From positions 1-22,804 of the forward strand of contig JANPJS010000269.1 in the NCBI GenBank assembly GCA_031425655.1: a stretch of 22,804 bases of DNA, written 5' to 3'. Position 1 is the first letter of the stretch, and every line of letters begins with the position of its first letter. Of the stretch, positions 1-6,594 are shown one piece after another. A program made the translations under genes and the position numbers. Source of the stretch: Abditibacteriaceae bacterium (GTDB taxonomy: Bacteria; Armatimonadota; Abditibacteriia; Abditibacteriales; Abditibacteriaceae). The notes beneath the pieces were generated by a model. The model saw only the letters and a program-made list of their open reading frames with translations. It searched no databases and was not told where the DNA came from.

Positions 1-261
1 CTGCAAGACCAGGTGGACGCCGGTTTTCTGGACAAGGCGTTTCCGGGGCAGCCGCAGTATGCGTATTTTGAATTGAGCGGGGCGGAGGAGAATGATCCTG
101 ACAAGGTGGTGGCCCACTATACCGTGCTGAAGGCGGCGGGGATGGTGATGAAGGCGGAGCAGCTGGCGGAGAAGACGGGCTATGATTTTGAGGAGGGGGC
201 TCCGGCCTTGGCGGCTGAGGGTTTAACCGCAGAGGGCGCGGAGAGCGCAGAGAAGAATTAG
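1..261 (+). CDS. 3' part of a probable phage portal protein (DUF935 / Mu gp29-like), 5' end outside window
   Basis: Frame open from base 1 to TAG at 259-261. The peptide LQDQVDAGFLDKAFPGQPQYAYFEL...LKAAGMVMKAEQLAEKTGY resembles DUF935 C-termini as I recall them. The last residues (LTAEGAESAEKN) are encoded by a repeat arm. Confidence 0.5.
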   Translation: MQDQVDAGFLDKAFPGQPQYAYFELSGAEENDPDKVVAHYTVLKAAGMVMKAEQLAEKTGYDFEEGAPALAAEGLTAEGAESAEKN

Positions 262-413
262 AGTGTTACATCCCTATAGTGTGTCGGATAGTCTCGCTCC
301 AAGCAGCCCGGCATATCGTCGGGATGGATAGTTGCATCCCTATAGTGTGTCGGATATTCCCCTCTGATAAATCTAAATGTGTTCTCCGTGTCCTCTGCGT
401 CTTGGCGGTTAAA
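222..413. repeat. Imperfect inverted repeat with arms made of ~9-nt tandem units
   Basis: TTTAACCGCAGAGGGCGCGGAGAGCGCAGAGAA (222-254) pairs imperfectly with TTCTCCGTGTCCTCTGCGTCTTGGCGGTTAAA (382-413). Confidence 0.7.
265..356. repeat. 26-bp direct repeat, two copies, 40-bp spacer
   Basis: GTTACATCCCTATAGTGTGTCGGATA (265-290) and GTTGCATCCCTATAGTGTGTCGGATA (331-356), 1 mismatch. Confidence 0.9.
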
Positions 414-417
414 AACA

Positions 418-840
418 TCACGAAGTCAGCAGTTGCCGTTCTGTATTATCGAAGGCGCTATCTTGGGAATTCGGCGGCGGGGCATCTTGGGTTGCGATGG
501 GGCGGTTGTTTTCGTCCACCAAAACTACGCGCGGACGCAGCGCACGCGCTTCGTCATCGGAGCAGAGACCGTAGGCGATGACGATAATAATATCGCCGGT
601 TTGCCCCAAACGCGCGGCGGCGCCGTTGAGACACATGGTTCCGCTGCCGCGCGGGCCGGGAATGGTGTAGGTTTCCAATCGCGCGCCGTTGTTGACGTTT
701 ACGATTTGCACTTGCTCGTAAGGCAAAATATCGGCGAGGTCGAGCAAATCGCTGTCAATGGTCAGCGAGCCGACGTAATTTAAGTTGGCATCCGTCACCG
801 TGGCTCGGTGGATTTTGCCTTTGCACATCGTTCTCAGCAT
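418..840 (-). CDS. panD: Aspartate 1-decarboxylase
   Basis: [29 protein letters not shown] with the Gly-Ser pyruvoyl cleavage site, plus NGARLETY and CLNGAAAR. Start placed at ATG 840, after GAGGG. Confidence 0.97.
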   Translation of the reverse strand: MLRTMCKGKIHRATVTDANLNYVGSLTIDSDLLDLADILPYEQVQIVNVNNGARLETYTIPGPRGSGTMCLNGAAARLGQTGDIIIVIAYGLCSDDEARALRPRVVLVDENNRPIATQDAPPPNSQDSAFDNTERQLLTS

Positions 841-860
841 AAAACCCTCTGGGAACCGCC

Positions 861-940
861 GAATAATGAACAAGCAACGTCGAAGGCTAAAGGATGGCCA
901 ACTTCGACATTCAAAATTCCGTGTTCGTTATTCGATATTC
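861..940. repeat. Imperfect inverted repeat of ~7-nt units between folK and panD, overlapping the folK stop
   Basis: Minus strand reads GAATATCGAATAACGAACACGGAATTTTGAATGTCGAAG - 16 nt - CTTCGACGTTGCTTGTTCATTATTC. Confidence 0.7.
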
Positions 941-1377
941 CAATCCTCATTCGTTTCCCTGACCCAACCGCCTTCAAGCACATCGCACAGCGGGCGCAAA
1001 ACGAAAGCGCGGCGCGTCATGCGCGGATGCGGCACCTGCAAGCCGGGTTCGTCAATCGCCGTGTCGCCGAAAAGCAGAATATCCACGTCTAAACTGCGCG
1101 AACCGGAGCGCGAACCCTCGCTTGGCACGCGCCCGAACGCCGATTCGACGGCTTGGGTCATGGCCAACAACGCGCGCGGCGAAAGCGTGGTTTCGATGCG
1201 CACGGCGGCGTTGAGAAAATCTTCCGGGCCGCCGCCTTCGACGCTTTGCGTTTCGTAAAGCGCCGAACGCGCGGCGACCGTGATTTGCGGATGATGTTCG
1301 AGCAGCTTGCACGCCTTGCGCAAATTCTCCGCGCGGTCGCCCAAATTGCTGCCCAAAGCTAAATAAGCGGTCGTCAT
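928..1377 (-). CDS. folK: 2-amino-4-hydroxy-6-hydroxymethyldihydropteridine diphosphokinase
   Basis: AYLALGSNLGDR, FLNAAV, RSLDVDILLF and LQVPHPRMTRRAFVLRPL motifs; adjacent to folB. Confidence 0.97.
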   Translation of the reverse strand: MTTAYLALGSNLGDRAENLRKACKLLEHHPQITVAARSALYETQSVEGGGPEDFLNAAVRIETTLSPRALLAMTQAVESAFGRVPSEGSRSGSRSLDVDILLFGDTAIDEPGLQVPHPRMTRRAFVLRPLCDVLEGGWVRETNEDWNIE

Positions 1378-1382
1378 GGAAA

Positions 1383-1745
1383 TTAGACTTCGCGGCTGCG
1401 TTCGATTTCGATACCGAGATATTCCAGCGCGACCGGCAGCGCGATATGCGGTTTGCGAATCCGCACGCGCACCTTTTGCACCATTTCATGCGACAAAGCA
1501 GCGTTTGCGATTCGCTCGGCGAGATGTTCTAAAAGCAGCGCCGATTCGCCTTCGACGATTTCGCGCGCCGCGTCGTAAATAGCGACGTAATTTAAGGTGT
1601 CGTCCAGCGAATCCGAGGCGCCCGCCGCGCGTAAATCGCAGTCGAGTTCGATGTCCACGAGGAACTTTTGTCCGAGTTCGCGCTCGGCGGCGTGACAGCC
1701 GTGTCGCCCGAAAAAGCTCAGGCCCTTCAATAAAATTCGATCCAT
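1383..1745 (-). CDS. folB: Dihydroneopterin aldolase
   Basis: MDRILLKGLSFFGRHGCHAAERELGQKFLVD, SDSLDDTLNY, LLEHLAERIA, KP motifs. Confidence 0.97.
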   Translation of the reverse strand: MDRILLKGLSFFGRHGCHAAERELGQKFLVDIELDCDLRAAGASDSLDDTLNYVAIYDAAREIVEGESALLLEHLAERIANAALSHEMVQKVRVRIRKPHIALPVALEYLGIEIERSREV

Positions 1746-1798
1746 ACCGAGAGGAATTTAACCACAGATGAACGCGGATAAACACAGATAAAGGCTTA

Positions 1799-2047
1799 TC
1801 ACTGCTGGGGCTTGTCTGACTTATTGAGCAAAAATATGGCAATGCTGGTCAGCAAGATTCCGAGCGCGCCTATGACCAATCCCATCCAATCCGGCGCAAC
1901 ATTGCTTTTCCCTACTACTACCTGAAAAGCGCGATAAATCGTGATTGCGCCGACAAAAACGCAATCGGTGCCAAAGAAGAATAACAACAACAGAAAGAGT
2001 TGTCCTACTGCGTTTAAAGATTTTCGATGCCGATTATCTGTGTCCAT
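1799..2047 (-). CDS. Small two-TM membrane protein (82 aa), cassette cargo
   Basis: Two hydrophobic segments (QLFLLLLFFFGTDCVFVGAITIY; WMGLVIGALGILLTSIAIFLL). The ATG lies inside the partial repeat arm, so the start is uncertain. More AT-rich than the flanks. Confidence 0.65.
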   Translation of the reverse strand: MDTDNRHRKSLNAVGQLFLLLLFFFGTDCVFVGAITIYRAFQVVVGKSNVAPDWMGLVIGALGILLTSIAIFLLNKSDKPQQ

Positions 2048-2066
2048 CCGTGACTCTGAACAGCGA

Positions 2067-2294
2067 TTACTGTTTGTCTTTGCCCGTGAAGAGAATGCAG
2101 GCAAGTAGCATTAAAAAGCCGCCGACAGCGCAGAAAACGACGCCGACGAGCGCCAAAAACCACGGTGCCCAGTCGCTGTGCGCTCCCAATGGCAAAGGCT
2201 TAAGCGCATAATAAATCGCAAGCACGCCGCTATAAATGCAGCCGCCTCCGACACAAAACAACAGAAAACAAAATACCTTCCCTGCCAGTTTCAT
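2067..2294 (-). CDS. Small two-TM membrane protein (75 aa), cassette cargo
   Basis: Two hydrophobic segments; residue pattern parallels the neighbouring ORF (G..F..LLF..G..C...G...IY.A ... DK). Confidence 0.7.
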   Translation of the reverse strand: MKLAGKVFCFLLFCVGGGCIYSGVLAIYYALKPLPLGAHSDWAPWFLALVGVVFCAVGGFLMLLACILFTGKDKQ

Positions 2295-2320
2295 AATGCG
2301 CCGCTGTTAACCATCCGTGT

Positions 2321-3205
2321 TTATCCGTGTTCATCCGTGGTTCTAACAATTGCGTCAGTCATGCGCGCGACTTGCGCCATTTGCTTCACGTCGTGAACGC
2401 GCACGATGTCGGCACCGTTGGCAATCGCTAAAGCCGTGGTCGCGGCGGTGCCGAAAAGTCGCTCGCCAATCGGCGCATCGTCGAGAATTTTACCGATGGT
2501 AGATTTGCGGCTCGTCGCCGAGAGCGTCGGGAAGCCGAAATCGCTGAGTTCGCGCCCGCGCCGCAGGATTTCCAGATTTTCATCCACGGATTTGCCGAAT
2601 CCGAAGCCGGCATCTAACGCGATGCGCTCATCCGCGATGCCCGCCGCTCGCGCCGCTTCAACTCGCTCGCGCCAGAAATCAAGAATCTCTTCAATTACAT
2701 CTTGATTCCGCATTCCGCATTCCGCATTCCGCACTTGCCGGCTCCATTCCATCGTTTGCGGCGTGCCGCGCAGGTGCATGAGAATCACGCCACAGTCGAA
2801 TTCGGCCAGCGTTGGGAGCATCGCTGGGTCGAAAGTGCCGGCGGAAATGTCGTTGATAATCGCGGCGCCGGCTTCAATCGCGGCGCGGGCAACGGCGCTT
2901 TTGGTGGTGTCAACCGACAAAGGAACGTCCAATCGCGCGGTCAGCGCCCTTATAAGAGGAAGGACGCGGCGCAATTCTTCGTCTTCGGGCACTTTTTCGG
3001 CGCCGGGGCGCGTGCTTTCGCCGCCGATGTCAAGAATATCGGCGCCGTCTTGCGCTAATTGCAGCGCGTGCGCCAGCATCGCGTCCAAGCCGCGCGCCGC
3101 AACGCCGTCGCCCGAAAACGAATCGGGCGTGGCGTTGACGATGCCCATCACATAAGTTTTGCGATGCAATTCCAGTGAATAACAACCGCATTTCCAAGTG
3201 TTCAT
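2321..3205 (-). CDS. folP: Dihydropteroate synthase
   Basis: VMGIVNATPDSFSGDG, DILDIGGESTRPGA, SVDT, DAGFGFGK, SRKS and RVHDV motifs. True start is probably ATG 3205; the 592-aa ORF extension overlaps the TPR gene. Confidence 0.97.
   Translation of the reverse strand: MNTWKCGCYSLELHRKTYVMGIVNATPDSFSGDGVAARGLDAMLAHALQLAQDGADILDIGGESTRPGAEKVPEDEELRRVLPLIRALTARLDVPLSVDTTKSAVARAAIEAGAAIINDISAGTFDPAMLPTLAEFDCGVILMHLRGTPQTMEWSRQVRNAECGMRNQDVIEEILDFWRERVEAARAAGIADERIALDAGFGFGKSVDENLEILRRGRELSDFGFPTLSATSRKSTIGKILDDAPIGERLFGTAATTALAIANGADIVRVHDVKQMAQVARMTDAIVRTTDEHG
2705..2732. repeat. Heptamer tandem repeat (ATTCCGC)x4 inside folP
   Basis: attccgc attccgc attccgc attccgc; translated in frame as VRNAECGMRNQ between PQTM and DVIEEI. 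Confidence 0.9.
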
Positions 3206-3213
3206 AAGAGGAA

Positions 3214-3332
3214 AAACGGGAAGACGGAAAGGGCGGTAAGACGGGAAGAAAATTTGAATTTCTGACAACACAAAGCTGTTCAAAAACTCCGGTTCCTCTT
3301 CCCGACTTACCGCCCTTTCCGTCTTCCCGTTT
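3214..3332. repeat. 36-bp near-perfect inverted repeat of ~8-nt units (ACGGGAAG) upstream of folP
   Basis: AAACGGGAAGACGGAAAGGGCGGTAAGACGGGAAGA (3214-3249) versus TCTTCCCGACTTACCGCCCTTTCCGTCTTCCCGTTT (3297-3332), 35/36 complementary, 47-nt spacer. Confidence 0.95.
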
Positions 3333-3348
3333 GAATCAACGAAGCGCG

Positions 3349-4125
3349 TTAATGCACGCGCGGCGCGGGAGCCGCATCGGAGGGCGTGAGGTCGGCGACC
3401 ATGTGGCGCAGCGATTCGCGGCCCGATTCGCTGAGATGAAAGCCGCCTTCGGCTAAGGCCGCGTCGAAGTGACGCTCTAAATTCAAGCGAAAGTTGTTTT
3501 GTTCGGCGGCCAGCATGAGGATTTGCTGAGTTTGCAGGCGGTCGAGGGCTTCGACCGCTTCGTTGGCATCGTTGGCGAAGGGAAAATCGCCGTGTGTTTC
3601 GAGAACGCGCTGAAATTCGCGCGACGAGGCGCCAAGTTCGCCTTGCAACTGCATCAGCGTGGCGAGTTTCAAGCGATGCAGCGGGTCGCGCGGCGAAATG
3701 GCGAGCAGGCGCTGCATCACTTCGATGGCCGCGTCCAGTTGGTTGGTTTGCAAATGCGCCGTCGCCAAAAGTTCGAGCGCCGCGTGGTGGCGCGTTTGGC
3801 GCTTGAGGATTTCGCGGCACGCCTGCGCGCCGGCGTCCCAATTTTGCGCGCCCAAATGCGTTTCGGCCAATCCCAGCAAAAGTGAGATTTGCGCGTCCGA
3901 ATTGGCTTCTTCGTTGATTTTTAAAGCGCGTTCTAAGGTGCGAATCGCCGCCGACACGTCGCCGTCCTGCACTTGCCATTCGGCGATTTGCAGCCAGCGC
4001 GCGGCGTCGTGCGGCTCCGCTTTCGCGGCGCGCGATAGAACGCGCGCCGCCGCCGCCCATCGCCGGCTTTCGGCCAGTTTTTCGGCTTCGGCGTCCCAAA
4101 TTTTTACGATTTCTTCGTTGCTCAT
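3349..4125 (-). CDS. Tetratricopeptide repeat protein
   Basis: Repeated helical TPR-like units (AAIRTLERALKIN; AAIEVMQRLLAISPRDP; SSREFQRVLETH). Confidence 0.85.
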   Translation of the reverse strand: MSNEEIVKIWDAEAEKLAESRRWAAAARVLSRAAKAEPHDAARWLQIAEWQVQDGDVSAAIRTLERALKINEEANSDAQISLLLGLAETHLGAQNWDAGAQACREILKRQTRHHAALELLATAHLQTNQLDAAIEVMQRLLAISPRDPLHRLKLATLMQLQGELGASSREFQRVLETHGDFPFANDANEAVEALDRLQTQQILMLAAEQNNFRLNLERHFDAALAEGGFHLSESGRESLRHMVADLTPSDAAPAPRVH

Positions 4126-4152
4126 TGCTTGTGACCGTAAAGAAACAACTTG

Positions 4153-4262
4153 CGTTTTGACAAAATAATGCGAGACAAAATAATGAGTTGATGATTGGGA
4201 GTCTCCAACTAAAAAACGATTGTTGTCGTTATTATTTTGTTTCCCATTGTTTTGTCAAAACG
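4153..4262. repeat. 32-bp inverted repeat with internally duplicated GACAAAATAAT unit
   Basis: CGTTTTGACAAAATAATGCGAGACAAAATAAT (4153-4184) versus ATTATTTTGTTTCCCATTGTTTTGTCAAAACG (4231-4262), 29/32 complementary, 46-nt spacer. Confidence 0.9.
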
Positions 4263-4290
4263 GGAACTTATTTTTTACAAATCCTTGGTT

Positions 4291-4863
4291 TTAGTATGCC
4301 AGAGGCGCCGTTTCAATCGCCGGGGTTTCGCGTCGTCGCAGCACTTCGTAGGCCACAATGCCGAACGCCACGCTGACATTAAGAGAAGTTTTTAGGCCGC
4401 ACATCGGCAGATGCACGACCGCATCGCAGAGTTCCAGCACCTCGGCGCTCAGGCCGTCGGCTTCGTTGCCGAAAACTAAGGCAAGCGGAAAATCGAGCGG
4501 CGTTTCCCATAAAGGCACGCTGCTTTCCGTGAATTCCAGCGCCAAAACGCGGCAGCCGCGTTCGCGCACGATTTCGATGGCTTCAAGTGTGGTTTCGCAA
4601 TGGCGCCACGGCACCACGTCCACAGCACCGAGAGCGGTTTTGGATAAGTGACGATGCGGTGGAGTCGGCGAGTAGCCGCACAGCAAAAGCTCACCGATTC
4701 CGGCGCCGTCGGCGGAGCGAAAGGCCGAACCGACGTTGTGAGCGGAGCGAATGTTATCGAGAATCGCGTAAACCGGCAGGCGTGGCAGCTTTTGCGCCGC
4801 TTCGAGCGCCATTTGGTCGCCGCCATGCTCGTGTCGCACCCAGTAATCTTTTGGTTTTGTCAC
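4291..4863 (-). CDS. SpoU/TrmH-family RNA methyltransferase
   Basis: LDNIRSAHNVGSAFRSADG, LVFGNEADGLS and LPMCGLKTSLNVSVAFGI SPOUT motifs. Start is probably GTG 4863 (alternative ATG 4812). Confidence 0.92.
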   Translation of the reverse strand: MTKPKDYWVRHEHGGDQMALEAAQKLPRLPVYAILDNIRSAHNVGSAFRSADGAGIGELLLCGYSPTPPHRHLSKTALGAVDVVPWRHCETTLEAIEIVRERGCRVLALEFTESSVPLWETPLDFPLALVFGNEADGLSAEVLELCDAVVHLPMCGLKTSLNVSVAFGIVAYEVLRRRETPAIETAPLAY

Positions 4864-4892
4864 GCGGGCAGTGTAGCTTGTGAAGCCAACGC

Positions 4893-5759
4893 TTAGAAAC
4901 TTACGCTGAAATTGAGGCCGGGATCGCGTTTGCCATCGGGGTTGCCGACGGCCAAAGCCGTCACGCTGTAGCGTTGCCAATTGTAAGTGGCGGCCAAGTG
5001 CGAACGCACGCCGTCGTGCAGCAGCGTGGCGCTCCAATGCCGTCCCAAACTGGCATTCACGCCCCACGGCACGAGAACGCGCTTTTCAAATTCGCTGTAA
5101 CTTAGGCCGACATAAGGCGAGATGGGCACGCCCAAATGCGGCTGTAAACTTTTGCTAAGCGTGGCGAAATAAGATTGGCCATTTGGCGTGCCGATGCGGT
5201 CGGAGCTGGTGCCGAAAATCAGCGCCGGACGCGTCCTCGTTTCCCGCACGGCGCGCCAATTCGCTACGATGCCCAATTCTTTCACGCCAGCGTTATATTC
5301 CAAGCCCACACGCCAATCGGGTGAAGCTTGATACGTCAAGATGGTGCGATGTGTGGCGCGCTTGATTTGTCCCGAAATGTATCTTTGCGAAAGTGACCAT
5401 CGCAAAATGGTGTTAGTGCCAGTCCCACGGACTGCGGTGCCTTCGCCCGGTCAGCCAGGTCACGAAGGCACCAGCGAGGCCATGTCCGGCGTTTTCGGCT
5501 TAACGCTCTTTTTGGGAGTTTGGCCGCTGGCCTGCAATTCCCGAAGCGTATCGAAAAGCTGCGAAAAGCGTTCGGGATCGGCTAAAAACTCGTCTTTGCA
5601 GGCGCGGTCTCGCAAATAATAGGTTTTTCCGGCGTATTCGACTGTTTCCGCTGTTGGAGTTGGTTTATCGAGAAGACAATCGGCGCCGGCGGCGAACGCC
5701 GGACGAAGCGAAAAAAGGCTTATTGCGGCCCCGAAAACCAATAAAGTGATGTGCTTCAT
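4893..5759 (-). CDS. Predicted exported double-selenoprotein (288 aa): signal peptide + YHS-like domain + U-P-G-U motif + beta-strand-rich C-terminal domain
   Basis: ORFs 5460..5759 and 4893..5405 share a frame (offset 354). The linker reads ATG GCC TCG CTG GTG CCT TCG TGA CCT GGC TGA CCG GGC GAA GGC ACC GCA GTC CGT GGG ACT GGC ACT AAC ACC ATT TTG CGA TGG; its only stops are the two TGA. The downstream part has no ATG or RBS of its own. The coding status of both halves is clear; the readthrough is inferred. Confidence 0.75.
5420..5434 (-). promoter_or_regulatory. Candidate bacterial SECIS hairpin
   Basis: mRNA CAGUCC-GUG-GGACUG: 6-bp perfect stem with a G-initiated loop, 22 nt after the second UGA and 31 nt after the first. 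Confidence 0.6.
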
Positions 5760-6454
5760 GGCTTTTCCGATGCTGTATCCGGCGTTTTTTCGGCCAGCGC
5801 GCTTTCGATGGCTTGAACAATGACTTCAGGCGAGGTTTTTTCGCCGAAACGCCGCAAAATCTTACCGTCGCGCCCGACTAAAACTAAAGACGGCAGCACG
5901 CTGATTTTGTAATCGCTCCACAGTTTTTCCGTGGCCTGCGCCATCGGATAAGTCGCGCCGGATTTTTTCACGAATTTGGCGACGAGTTCGGGCTTTTCAT
6001 CAATGGCCAGCCCGATAACGCTGAATTTCTTCGCCGCATATTTTTTGTGAAGCGCTTGAAGTTTGGGCAGCGCCGCCACGCACGGTTTGCAGAACGTGCC
6101 CCAGAAATCGAGAAGCAAAACCTGACCTTTGAAATCGCTGAGTTTCAGCGTGCGGCCTTGCAAATCGCGCTGTGCGAACGACGGCGCCGGTTGGCCTTCG
6201 CCGGTATCGAGAAATTCGGTTGGATTTTCTAAGAACTCGACTTTGCACGCGACGGCGCAAAACGAGAACGTTTTGCCACGCAGCGTGGCCGTAGCATTTA
6301 CAGGCTCAACATCGGCGCCTTCGCGAGGCCCGCAGACCGCGCAAACGGCTTGGATAGCAGCTTTCGATGCTGCCGGAGCCGCTAAAACCACGCGCGGCGC
6401 GCATAAAGGCAACGCCAAACCAAGACTCAACATAAAACAAGAAGTAATTTTCAC
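5756..6454 (-). CDS. Exported YHS-domain + TlpA/ResA-like thiol-disulfide oxidoreductase
   Basis: Signal peptide; YHS-like CAVC...RGKTFSFCAVACKVEFLENPTEF; APSF..DLQGRTLKLSDFKGQVLLLDFWGTFCKPC; LPSLVLVGRDGKI. Its stop overlaps the next start (ATGA at 5756-5759). Confidence 0.92.
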   Translation of the reverse strand: MKITSCFMLSLGLALPLCAPRVVLAAPAASKAAIQAVCAVCGPREGADVEPVNATATLRGKTFSFCAVACKVEFLENPTEFLDTGEGQPAPSFAQRDLQGRTLKLSDFKGQVLLLDFWGTFCKPCVAALPKLQALHKKYAAKKFSVIGLAIDEKPELVAKFVKKSGATYPMAQATEKLWSDYKISVLPSLVLVGRDGKILRRFGEKTSPEVIVQAIESALAEKTPDTASEKP

Positions 6455-6497
6455 GAAGCGTTGGACGCGCGGAATGCTGTGAAGATTCGCGCTTTAT

Positions 6498-6588
6498 AAA
6501 CCCGGCGATTGAAATCGCGGCTCCGGGCTTTCAGCCGATCTGCCCAGAGGGCGCCCAGCCTGCGCGGACGGAATTTCAATCGCCCGGC
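6498..6588. repeat. REP-like palindromic element with GCGATTGAAATCGC core
   Basis: CCGGCGATTGAAAT (6502-6515) pairs with ATTTCAATCGCCCGG (6573-6587). The same core occurs at 13618-13631 and partly at 4311-4328. Confidence 0.7.
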
Positions 6589-6594
6589 TCAATT

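Larger units (their letters stand above)
1760..2342. repeat. 30-bp inverted repeat arms (3 x 10-nt unit) enclosing two small genes, with a partial third arm between them
   Basis: AACCACAGATGAACGCGGATAAACACAGAT (1760-1789) versus ATCCGTGTTTATCCGTGTTCATCCGTGGTT (2313-2342), 27/30 complementary. Partial arm TTATCTGTGTCCATCCGTG at ~2034-2052. Confidence 0.9.

Noticed and set aside
265..356. CRISPR array
   Set aside because: Only two repeats, no cas genes or leader in the window; kept as an unexplained direct repeat.
3206..4099. 592-aa FolP with a long N-terminal extension
   Set aside because: The extension is an Arg-rich alternate frame of the TPR gene and crosses an intergenic inverted repeat; FolP similarity begins at ATG 3205.
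4864..5067. N-terminal extension of the TrmH ORF (258 aa)
   Set aside because: Overlaps the upstream gene in another frame; SPOUT similarity begins after 4863.
5451..5462. Genome-wide TGA reassignment (code 4 or 25) as the explanation for readthrough
   Set aside because: TGA acts as a normal stop elsewhere (panD, TlpA gene, oxidoreductase, antitoxin 20719), and long genes such as pyc have no internal TGA.
4893..5759. Pseudogene with two nonsense mutations
   Set aside because: Disfavoured, not excluded: two independent stops, both TGA, in CxxC spacing beside a SECIS-like hairpin, with no frameshift or other stop, is unlikely by decay.
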